Origin: Methanopyrus kandleri AV19
GTDB taxonomy: Archaea; JAADCQ01; Methanopyri; Methanopyrales; Methanopyraceae
Direction of reading: 5' to 3'
NCBI RefSeq assembly: GCF_000007185.1
Contig: NC_003551.1
Span: 1,380,001 to 1,412,000, forward strand
Length of the DNA stretch: 32,000 bases
The notes under the pieces were generated by a model. It was not told the DNA's origin. It did no database searches and worked only from the letters and a program-made list of their open reading frames with translations. The translations under genes were made by a program, and so were the position numbers. Of this stretch, positions 17,179-26,876 are shown piece after piece. Each line of letters starts with the position of its first letter. The stretch's first letter is position 1.

Positions 17179-17218
17179 CCCCGCCGGGTCCCCACACCTA
17201 CGGGGTTCCCCGGCGGGG
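17179..17218 (-). promoter_or_regulatory. Archaeal SECIS element in the selD 3' UTR
   Basis: Minus strand reads C-CCCGCCGGG-GAA-CCCC-GTAGGTGT-GGGG-A-CCCGGCGGG-G. That is a 9-10 bp helix I, a GAA/A asymmetric internal loop, a 4-bp G:C helix II and an 8-nt apical loop. It begins 1 nt after the TGA stop. Confidence 0.8.
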
Positions 17219-18223
17219 TCACGGGTAATCCTCCACTTCTTCCACGTCCCCACGGACCTCCACGCCCGACCCCTCCTCGACGCGGCCGATCCGTCGGTAC
17301 CAAACATCGCGCCGCTCAAACGCATCCTCCAGGTCCTCGGCGTGTTCCTCCGGCACCGCGACCAGAAGCCCCCCGGCCGTCTCCGCCGACTCGCCCCGCT
17401 CCAGCCCGTACCCGAGCGCCCGTGAGAGCTCCGTCGTCCCCGGGATCACCGGCAGTCGCTCGATGACCACGCGGACGCCGCTGGCCTCCGCCATCTCACC
17501 CGCGTGCCCCTTGAGCCCGAACCCGGTGACGTCTGTCATCGCGTGGACCCCGACCTCGAGCGCGGCCTCCGCCGCGTCCTTGAGTGGCTCAGTCATCACT
17601 TCGACGGCTAGGTCAACGGCCTCCTCCAGCTCGGAGTCCGTCAGGAACTGCTTCCGGACGTCCTCGGGCAGCCTCAGGGCGGCCATCGCCGGCTGTGTGC
17701 CGAGCGGTTTCGTGAGGTACAGGACGTCCCCGGGCTCGGCCCCACCGACCGTCACGTACCGTTCGGCGAACCCCGTGACGCAGCCGCCGAGGATGGGCCA
17801 TGGGTTCATAATCGTGTGTCCGCCGACGATCAGTGCGTCCACTTCGCGGCACTGGTCCGCGAACCCCTGCAGCATCTCACGCGCATCCTCCTCCGGGAGC
17901 TCCCTCGGGAACCCCGAGACCACCAGGACGGAGAGCACCTCGGTGGCTCCCATCGCGAAGACGTCGTTGATGGAGTTGTTCGCGGCGATCCGTCCCTGGG
18001 TGTACGGGTCCGGGTGTATCGGTGTGAAGAAGTCCACCGACTGGATCACGTAGCCGCCGTCCACGCGGATCACCGCGGCATCGTCGCCGACACCGACCTC
18101 CACGCGCCCGCCTTCCTCCGGCAGCTCGACGCCCTTCAGCAGATCCTCCAGGTCTCCCTGGGGTAGTTTACAGGCTCATCCGTGGAGGTCCGCCATCTCG
18201 ACGAGGCTCTTCTTTCTACTCAT
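17219..18223 (-). CDS. selD: Selenophosphate synthetase (selenide, water dikinase) with in-frame UGA selenocysteine
   Basis: ORF 17219..18103 is full-length homologous to SelD ([46 protein letters not shown]). Extending in frame through TGA at 18176-18178 reaches ATG 18223 and gives [19 protein letters not shown]. This aligns to E. coli ..HGAG-C-GCK, with U at the Cys17 position and the Lys conserved. Confidence 0.9.
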
Positions 18224-18407
18224 GCTACGGTACCCCCGACCTCACCCGATAGATGACACGGCTTAAGACGTGCCCGGAGCCATACTGATGGCTATGAAGT
18301 GCGTCGATACCGTACCGGTGGGAAGCGACCGTAGGACCGACGAGGGTGCGGATGGGTCGGAGGCTCCGGCAGAACTAGCCGCCGAAGGCCGCGAGGGCCG
18401 GATGACT

Positions 18408-19037
18408 TCAGGGTAAGTCCGGGAGGTCCTCCTCGTACACGTGTGCGTTGGCGGCATACACCGTCAACGTCGTCGGTTCCAGCCCCGCCCGCTCCGCCAC
18501 GTGCTCTTGTAACCTTCTCAGGGCGATCATGTTCGCGACCAGCGCCTTCCCCACGTCCCACGAGCGGTAGAACGCGTGGAGCTCGAGACCACTACCTCCG
18601 TCGGACTGCAGTTGGAGTGCGGTGAGGCAGGGTACCTCTTCCTCGTCGAGATCCCGGCGTGGATCCCAGGTTACGGCGATAGCTCTCCTAGTGTTATTAG
18701 ATTCAGAGAGCCTTTCCACTATCTTGGTCACTTGGTCCAGGCCGAAGTACCGCCTGAGCCGATGACCGTAGGTGTACTCGAAACCCCGTAGCTCGGGATC
18801 GAGCAGCTGATCCTCGTACGCCCGCACGGAGTGCTCGTCGAGGGGGTAATCGTCCGGGATATCGAAGGATTCCGGTCCGGAGGGCTCGAGGTGTGCTATC
18901 AGGCCGCGTACTTCCTTGACCGGACCCCGCTCCCTCTCCACCTTCTCGCCGTGTACCTTGATCCCGGTGACGGCCTGCCGCCACACCTGCTCCACGGTGC
19001 GCCCGCGTACGACCAACGGTCTGCCCTTACCCAGCAC
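18408..19037 (-). CDS. thyA: Thymidylate synthase, short archaeal ThyA-type
   Basis: 209 aa. RRAIAVTWDPRRD and the active-site EVPCLTALQLQ (P-C motif). The C-terminal YAANAHVYEED matches the ThyA pattern. GTG start 19037. Confidence 0.8.
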   Translation of the reverse strand: MLGKGRPLVVRGRTVEQVWRQAVTGIKVHGEKVERERGPVKEVRGLIAHLEPSGPESFDIPDDYPLDEHSVRAYEDQLLDPELRGFEYTYGHRLRRYFGLDQVTKIVERLSESNNTRRAIAVTWDPRRDLDEEEVPCLTALQLQSDGGSGLELHAFYRSWDVGKALVANMIALRRLQEHVAERAGLEPTTLTVYAANAHVYEEDLPDLP

Positions 19038-19128
19038 GTCGGCGCCCCGGTCGGACGCGGAGGCGGTCCGTTAAATCTAACCAGTACCCGCCGTACCTGA
19101 TGGGAACCCGCGTTTCCGAGCGGGGGAG

Positions 19129-20016
19129 TTACTCACCACGCAGCTGCATCCTCTCCTCTTCCGGGATCTCCGAGATCTCCAGCCCGCGCATGGCCACCTC
19201 GTCGCCCAGGTTCTTCGACACCTCCGCCACGACCTCCGGGTCGTCGTAGTAGGCCGTCGCTTCGACGATAGCTTCCGCCATCTCCTGCGGTCTATCCGAC
19301 TTGAAGATGCCCGATCCCACGAAGATTCCGTCGGCACCTAGCTGCATCATCAGGGCGGCGTCGGCCGGCGTCGCGATACCGCCCGCGGCGAAGTTCACCA
19401 CCGGCAGCCTGCCCAGGCTCGCGACCTCTGCGACGAGGTCGAACGGCACCCCGTACTCCTTCGCCTTCCCGTAGAGTTCTTCCTTGTCCAGTCGGGTGAG
19501 CTCCGAGATCTCGCGCCGGATGATCCTCATGTGCCGGACGGCCTCGGCGACGTTACCCGTGCCCGCCTCACCCTTCGTCCGGATCATCGCGGCGCCCTCG
19601 GCGATCCTACGTAGCGCCTCACCCAGGTTCCTGGCGCCGCAGACGAACGGCACCTCGAACTCCCACTTGTTGATGTGGTGTTCCTCGTCCGCCGGCGTGA
19701 GGACCTCCGACTCGTCGATCATGTCCACGCCGATCGCCTCCAGAACCTGCGCCTCGGCGACGTGTCCGATCCTGCACTTGGCCATCACGGGGATGGTCAC
19801 GTGGTCCATGATCTCCTCGATCTTGGCGGGGTCGCACATACGGGCGACGCCGCCCGCGGCTCGGATGTCCGCAGGGACCTTCTCCAACACCATCACCGCG
19901 ACCGCACCGGCATCCTCTGCGATCTGAGCCTGCTCGACGTTGGTCACATCCATCACGACGCCTCCTTTCAGCATGCGCGCGAACCCGGTCTTCACACGCC
20001 ACGTACCGGTTTTCAT
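19129..20016 (-). CDS. pdxS: Pyridoxal 5'-phosphate synthase subunit PdxS
   Basis: 295 aa from ATG 20016 ([41 protein letters not shown]...). Near-canonical PdxS/SNZ sequence throughout. The ORF-track extension to 20247 is a spurious N-terminal read-through. Confidence 0.95.
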   Translation of the reverse strand: MKTGTWRVKTGFARMLKGGVVMDVTNVEQAQIAEDAGAVAVMVLEKVPADIRAAGGVARMCDPAKIEEIMDHVTIPVMAKCRIGHVAEAQVLEAIGVDMIDESEVLTPADEEHHINKWEFEVPFVCGARNLGEALRRIAEGAAMIRTKGEAGTGNVAEAVRHMRIIRREISELTRLDKEELYGKAKEYGVPFDLVAEVASLGRLPVVNFAAGGIATPADAALMMQLGADGIFVGSGIFKSDRPQEMAEAIVEATAYYDDPEVVAEVSKNLGDEVAMRGLEISEIPEEERMQLRGE

Positions 20017-20046
20017 CCGGATCCCCCAATTAACCTGTTGTGAAGG

Positions 20047-20054
20047 TTTATATA
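20047..20054. promoter_or_regulatory. Shared bidirectional TATA box (TTTATATA) between pdxS and the GTPase gene
   Basis: The only AT-rich element in the 67-nt divergent intergenic region. It lies about 31 nt from the pdxS ATG (20016) and about 30 nt from the GTPase ATG (20084), which also has a GGAGGGGGT SD. Confidence 0.5.
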
Positions 20055-20083
20055 GTACGATCACGGGCGCCGGAGGGGGTTGG

Positions 20084-20647
20084 ATGATTTCGGAAGATAG
20101 CGGTAGTAATGAGGATCGGGAGGTTAAGATAGCCGTGATCGGGCCGGAGGACGCCGGCAAGACCACTGTGGTCCGGCAGCTATCCGACAAGTTCACCACG
20201 GTATCGCCCCGTGGGAAGACCGTGGGGATCGACTTCGGGAAGTGCAAGTACTACGAGGGGGTATACATGTTTGGCGTTCCGGGACACCTGCGATTCAAGT
20301 TCGTGATGCGTCTGGGGGCACGGAACGCCGACGGTATGATCCTGGTCATCGACTCGGCCGATCCACGCATAGACAAGGCGGTTAAGATATACAATATCGT
20401 GAAAAGTGTTGTGAAGAACCCGCATCGCGTCGTGGTCTTCGCCAACAAGCAGGACCTCCCCGACGCCCTGTCGCCGGAGCAGGTCGGGGAACTCGTCAAG
20501 AGGGCACTGGGTATCTCCCCACCCGTGATCGGGACCGTTGCGATTAAAGGGGAGGGGTTACGGGAAGGCCTTGACACCTTGCTCTTCCAGCCCACCTACA
20601 ACGGAACTAATGAAATTGATGATATCGAGATTAAAGGGATCCGCTGA
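20084..20647 (+). CDS. Small Ras-superfamily GTPase, MglA-like / COG2229-type
   Basis: 187 aa. G1 GPEDAGKT, G3 FGVPGH (no Asp, His for Gln), G4 NKQD, G5-like AIKGEG. ATG 20084 preceded by an SD. The ORF-track start 19940 overlaps pdxS and is rejected. Confidence 0.85.
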   Translation: MISEDSGSNEDREVKIAVIGPEDAGKTTVVRQLSDKFTTVSPRGKTVGIDFGKCKYYEGVYMFGVPGHLRFKFVMRLGARNADGMILVIDSADPRIDKAVKIYNIVKSVVKNPHRVVVFANKQDLPDALSPEQVGELVKRALGISPPVIGTVAIKGEGLREGLDTLLFQPTYNGTNEIDDIEIKGIR

Positions 20648-20668
20648 GCCCCTACAGGGGTCCCGACG

Positions 20669-21601
20669 TTGCCCGTCCCCGTCAAGAACAGGGCCACCCT
20701 CGCCCAATTGATGTTATCCTATGGGATCACGATATGCGTAGACGAGGATGTCCTCCGGGCCATCAACGAGATGACGTTCGGGCAACTGCCTATGATCCTG
20801 GATGAGTCCGTCAACGTCCCCTTAGAGTATGAGGAGAACATCATAGACGCTGAATTGGTATCACTGTTGGAGTTCGGTGAGGATATGGTATCCTCCCTCC
20901 TCGACATGATCGTTGTCGTGAGGGTGAACGCCGTCAACGGTACCGGCACACCGTGGGAGTTATTAAACACCATCCTACTGGCCGACAATCCGGGAAAAGT
21001 CGAGTTAAACGGTTCTTACTTCTCCATCTTCGCTATCGACGAGAGACAGATCGTATACATATCGAGCAGCGGGAGACGTCGGATACCGTACACCGATCTC
21101 ACTTACATGAAAGACATATCGGAATGGGTGAATGCGCGCAATATAATGTCCCCGAATTACGCATATATATATGACGAGAGCGCGCTCAACATTACGGAGG
21201 ATGTGCTAAAGAAGAGATACAGGGCGAGTATCAAAGGATTATCAGAATTGCTTGATAGACCTAAACATTGGGTGCGAATTGATACTACTATTACGGAGAA
21301 AAAGGACGGTATATTGATTAGAGATAGACTTCTTGATTGGATAGAACCATTAGAATTCACTAAGATAACGGTAAGACGTGATGTGGATGAGCCAGCTATC
21401 GAGGCAATTACTGGTGAGTCAAAAGTGAATAAGGTGTATGCACTTAGGGTATTCAGGGAGATCAAACCCGGATTCAAAACGTACCGTGAACTCGTGGAGA
21501 GGGCCCAGTTACCGGATTCTATAGTGAAGTCCACCTTAGCACTGTTCACGAGGTTTAACTTCCTGATGTATTCATTCAAGTACACTCCTCCGATAATTTA
21601 G
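20669..21601 (+). CDS. Uncharacterised 310-aa protein, low-GC, I/N/K/Y-rich; possible C-terminal winged helix
   Basis: An uninterrupted 933-nt ORF in DNA that falls to about 35% G+C, where random stops should be frequent. TTG 20669 lies 8 nt after AGGGGT and 21 nt after the GTPase stop. The C-terminal KTYRELVERAQLPDSIVKSTLALFTRFNFL looks HTH-like. Confidence 0.75.
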   Translation: MPVPVKNRATLAQLMLSYGITICVDEDVLRAINEMTFGQLPMILDESVNVPLEYEENIIDAELVSLLEFGEDMVSSLLDMIVVVRVNAVNGTGTPWELLNTILLADNPGKVELNGSYFSIFAIDERQIVYISSSGRRRIPYTDLTYMKDISEWVNARNIMSPNYAYIYDESALNITEDVLKKRYRASIKGLSELLDRPKHWVRIDTTITEKKDGILIRDRLLDWIEPLEFTKITVRRDVDEPAIEAITGESKVNKVYALRVFREIKPGFKTYRELVERAQLPDSIVKSTLALFTRFNFLMYSFKYTPPII

Positions 21602-21621
21602 CTCCGCGGGGGGAACGTAGT

Positions 21622-22089
21622 ATGACTTCTGAGGCATTCACCGGAAAATACACTCAGGTGGTACTCAAAGTGCCTGTGTATAAGAGTGCAGGTGTTGAGT
21701 ACAAACCGTCACTGTATGTGATTCCGATGTGTTTTCAGGGCGATCTGATAGCGGGCGAGCTGGCCGTCGCCACCCTACTTTTCGTGATAATCGTGGGCTC
21801 CCTCTCGTTGATCTCCCTTCGGAACGCCATTCATGCCAGGGATAAGGGCCGAGTCGTACTCCACATCGGGATGCTGACGTTCCTGGCGTCGTTCACGTAC
21901 GCCGCGTTCCGAATGGTCCAATCGTCCCTTTTCGTGCCGGTGGGACCACCGTCACCCAGAACGGTCGCAGTGCCCCCGGCGATCGTGAGCGGCAACGAGA
22001 TCAACATGGTCTTCGTGGCGTCGCTGATCGGCCTCGGTTTGGTCGTGGTCGGAGCCATCGCGTCGATGACACGGCGCATCCGCGTGTAG
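21622..22089 (+). CDS. Small membrane protein (about 3 TM helices) of unknown function
   Basis: 155 aa. ATG 21622 follows a GGGGGG SD, 20 nt after the previous stop. Hydrophobic segments LAVATLLFVIIVGSLSLISL, VVLHIGMLTFLASFTYAAF and MVFVASLIGLGLVVVGAIASM. Confidence 0.7.
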   Translation: MTSEAFTGKYTQVVLKVPVYKSAGVEYKPSLYVIPMCFQGDLIAGELAVATLLFVIIVGSLSLISLRNAIHARDKGRVVLHIGMLTFLASFTYAAFRMVQSSLFVPVGPPSPRTVAVPPAIVSGNEINMVFVASLIGLGLVVVGAIASMTRRIRV

Positions 22090-22136
22090 TTCCCTCTCCC
22101 CTCACCCATCGTTAAGAGTGACGTAACGTTAGGGGG

Positions 22137-22895
22137 ATGTCCGTGACGAAGGTCTACTTCGTCGGCGCCGGTCCGGGCGACCCCGAGCTGATGACGTTGA
22201 AGGGTGTACGGGTGCTTCGACGGGCTGACCTCGTGATATACCCCGGTTCGCTGATTCCTCGTGAGTCTGTGGAGGAATGGGCCCCGAACGCCGAGCTCAT
22301 CGACAGTCACGGCAAGACACTGGAGGAGCTGGTGGAGACCATGGTCGAAGCCGTGGAGGACAGCCGTACCGTGGTACGACTAGTTTCGGGAGATCCCTTC
22401 GTCTACAGCTCACTGTACGAACAAGTCCGCGAACTCAGACGACGGGGAGTGGATTACGAGGTGATCCCCGGCGTAAGCTCCGTCAACGCCGCCGCAGCGG
22501 CACTAGGTGAGGAGCTGACGAAACCCGGGATCAGTCAGACGGTGATACTCACCCGCCCGGCCGGGAGGACCGGGAAGCCCGAAGGTGAGTCGCTTTCCGA
22601 GCTCGCGGAGCACGGTTGCACGATGGTGATCTTCCTGGGGGCCGCTTACCTGGAGCGCATCGTGAAGTCACTGCTCGGAGGCGCGTACGACGAGGATACC
22701 CCGGCCGCCGTCGTGTACAAGGCGTCCACACCCGAGGAGAAGGTGATCCTGGGTACGCTAGGAGACATCGCTGAGAAGGCGCGTGAGGAGGGTATCGATA
22801 GGACCGCCCTGATCATCGTGGGTGACGTCTTGAAGGAGGAGGGGAAGAGGTCTCACTTATACTCGGAGGAGTACGCGAGGAGGGTGCGGAGATGA
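22137..22895 (+). CDS. cbiF: Cobalt-precorrin-4 C11-methyltransferase
   Basis: KVYFVGAGPGDPELMTLKGVRVLRRADLVIYPGSLIP is the CbiF/CobM N-terminal signature. 252 aa. Class III tetrapyrrole methylase layout. Confidence 0.88.
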   Translation: MSVTKVYFVGAGPGDPELMTLKGVRVLRRADLVIYPGSLIPRESVEEWAPNAELIDSHGKTLEELVETMVEAVEDSRTVVRLVSGDPFVYSSLYEQVRELRRRGVDYEVIPGVSSVNAAAAALGEELTKPGISQTVILTRPAGRTGKPEGESLSELAEHGCTMVIFLGAAYLERIVKSLLGGAYDEDTPAAVVYKASTPEEKVILGTLGDIAEKAREEGIDRTALIIVGDVLKEEGKRSHLYSEEYARRVRR

Positions 22896-23554
22896 CGGGG
22901 CTGGGATTCTCGCCGAAACGTCGTCTAGACCGCGTCGTGGTCTACGAGTTCCGGGATCTCCCGGTGCTCGACGACGTTCTGGAGTTCTTCGAGCTCCTGA
23001 ATGTCGAAGTTGACGTCGAGAACCGGTTGGGGTTCGATCCCGACGCGGACGCGCTAGTGTACGTGTGTTCACCGGGGATCGCGACCCGGGCGTTAAGACT
23101 GCGGGAGAAGGGTGAGGACCCTGTGGTCGTGGTCGTGACGCCCACCCGAGAGGTGGTGTGCCTCTCCGGCCACCACTGGGGCGGGGACGAGCTCTCCGTC
23201 GCGCTGGCGGGATGGTTGGGCGGCCGTCGATCGGGTCTCACCGCCGCGGAGGCGGAGTCCCGCCCGTCGGCCGAGGACGTGCTGGACGTTCTGGGCGTGG
23301 ACCCACGCCGGTACCGGGACGAGATCGTGGAGATCGTAGAGGCGCTGGAACGGGGCGTCTGGATCGAGAAGTCGCCGCATCCGGGGCTCATCCGGTACCT
23401 GAAGCTGCTGGGGGTTAAGGCGGGGAGCAGAGAAGAGGCGGGGCTCGTGGTAGACCCCGAGCGCGGTGAGATCGTGGAGTTGCGGGGTGATGATCGTGGG
23501 CAAGCTGTACGTGGTCGGAACGGGACCCGGAGACCCGGATCTGATGACGGTTAA
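22892..23554 (+). CDS. cbiG: CbiG-like protein (cobalt-precorrin-5A hydrolase), N-terminal and middle domains only
   Basis: ATGA overlap with cbiF. GIATRALRLREKGEDPVVVVVTPTREVVCLSGHHWGGDELSVALAGWLG matches the CbiG core (K..DPAVVVVDE.G..vI.LLSGH.GGAN.LA). No CbiG C-terminal domain. The last 65 nt overlap cbiH. Confidence 0.75.
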   Translation: MTGLGFSPKRRLDRVVVYEFRDLPVLDDVLEFFELLNVEVDVENRLGFDPDADALVYVCSPGIATRALRLREKGEDPVVVVVTPTREVVCLSGHHWGGDELSVALAGWLGGRRSGLTAAEAESRPSAEDVLDVLGVDPRRYRDEIVEIVEALERGVWIEKSPHPGLIRYLKLLGVKAGSREEAGLVVDPERGEIVELRGDDRGQAVRGRNGTRRPGSDDG

Positions 23555-24254
23555 GGCCCAGAGAGTGCTACGGCACGTGGACGTGGTGGTGGGGTACCGG
23601 ACGTACGTCGACCTCATCGAGGAGATCCTACCGGAAGACGTCGAGATAAAGCGGTACGGCATGCGGGAAGAACTCGACCGGGCGCGGGAGGCCGTACGGC
23701 TGGCGGCCGATGGGTTCGAGGTGGCCCTCGTCAGTGGTGGAGACCCCGGCGTCTACGGGATGGCCGGCGTCGTCCTCCCGATCGCGGTCGAGGAGGGCGT
23801 CGAGGTCGAGGTCGTACCCGGGGTCACGGCGGCCTGCGCGGCCTCCGCGCTGCTCGGTGCGCCGCTCATGCTGGACTTCGCGGCCGTGAGCTTGAGCGAC
23901 CACCTCGTACCGCTGGAGGAGATACTGGAGAGGGTCCGGGCGGCCCTCGAGGCCGACTTCGTCCTGGTCGTGTACAACCCGAACAGTTCCGAGCGTAGGC
24001 ACATCTTCGAAGCCTTCGTCGACGTCCTCGAGGAGATAGTGGAAGAGGACAGGCCGGTGGGGATAGTCCGGAACGCCTACCGCGAGAGGCAGAGCGTCGA
24101 GGTAGTGCGGGTTCGCGAGCTGCGCGACCTGGCCGACAGGATCGATATGCGGTCCATCCTGATCGTGGGGAGCTCGCGGACCCGGATGGTGGGCGATTGG
24201 TTGGTGACGGAGCGTGGTTACTCCTCGCGCACCGGCCGGAACTCCAGCGAGTAG
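23490..24254 (+). CDS. cbiH: Cobalt-precorrin-3B C17-methyltransferase
   Basis: MIVGKLYVVGTGPGDPDLMTVKAQRVLRHVDVVVGYRTYVDLI is the CbiH/CobJ signature. ATG 23490 chosen; the ORF-track GTG 23466 is also possible. Confidence 0.9.
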   Translation: MIVGKLYVVGTGPGDPDLMTVKAQRVLRHVDVVVGYRTYVDLIEEILPEDVEIKRYGMREELDRAREAVRLAADGFEVALVSGGDPGVYGMAGVVLPIAVEEGVEVEVVPGVTAACAASALLGAPLMLDFAAVSLSDHLVPLEEILERVRAALEADFVLVVYNPNSSERRHIFEAFVDVLEEIVEEDRPVGIVRNAYRERQSVEVVRVRELRDLADRIDMRSILIVGSSRTRMVGDWLVTERGYSSRTGRNSSE

Positions 24255-24622
24255 TAGATCACACCGTCCTCACCGTCCTCACTGATACGGCGGAACACGG
24301 CCTCCACCGGCGTGCCTACGTCGATCTCGCCGGGCTCGCAGTCCACGATCATCGCCGTAACCAGCGGTCCCTCCTCCAGTTTCACGATCGCCACGACGTA
24401 GGGCGCCTTGTCCTCGAAACCTTCCGGCGGCACGCGCACCACCGAGTACGTGTACACCTCGCCCCGACCCGAGAGCTGTACCTCTTCCATCTCGCCGTCG
24501 CTGCGGCAGTTGGGACAGACCACACGCGGCGGGAAGAACACCTCCCCGCAGTTCTTGCACCTCGTCCCGACCAACCGGTACCTGTTGTCGATGCTCCGCC
24601 AGAAGCGGGGTACGCCACCCAC
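24218..24622 (-). CDS. DUF35 OB-fold / zinc-ribbon protein (scaffold of the archaeal thiolase/HMG-CoA synthase complex)
   Basis: 134 aa. Rubredoxin-like CKNCGEVFFPPRVVCPNC, then an OB-fold segment (GEVYTYSVV...VVAIVKLEEGPLVTAMIVD). It sits immediately downstream of the thiolase gene. Confidence 0.9.
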   Translation of the reverse strand: MGGVPRFWRSIDNRYRLVGTRCKNCGEVFFPPRVVCPNCRSDGEMEEVQLSGRGEVYTYSVVRVPPEGFEDKAPYVVAIVKLEEGPLVTAMIVDCEPGEIDVGTPVEAVFRRISEDGEDGVIYYSLEFRPVREE

Positions 24623-24634
24623 GACGGATCCCCC

Positions 24635-26872
<2,238 letters not shown>

Positions 26873-26876
<4 letters not shown>

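Noticed and set aside
19940-20083. N-terminal extension of the GTPase ORF (start 19940), and extension of the pdxS ORF to 20247
   Set aside because: The extensions overlap the neighbouring divergent gene and the shared TATA box and have junk composition. The internal ATGs (20084 with an SD; 20016 giving the canonical PdxS N-terminus) fit far better.
21100-21700. The AT-rich trough as a replication origin or ORB-repeat region
   Set aside because: The AT-rich DNA is fully occupied by long open reading frames with SD-preceded starts. Only weak TTGAT-RGA-ATAGA similarities occur, they are explainable by repeated codons, and no Orc1/Cdc6-type gene is adjacent.
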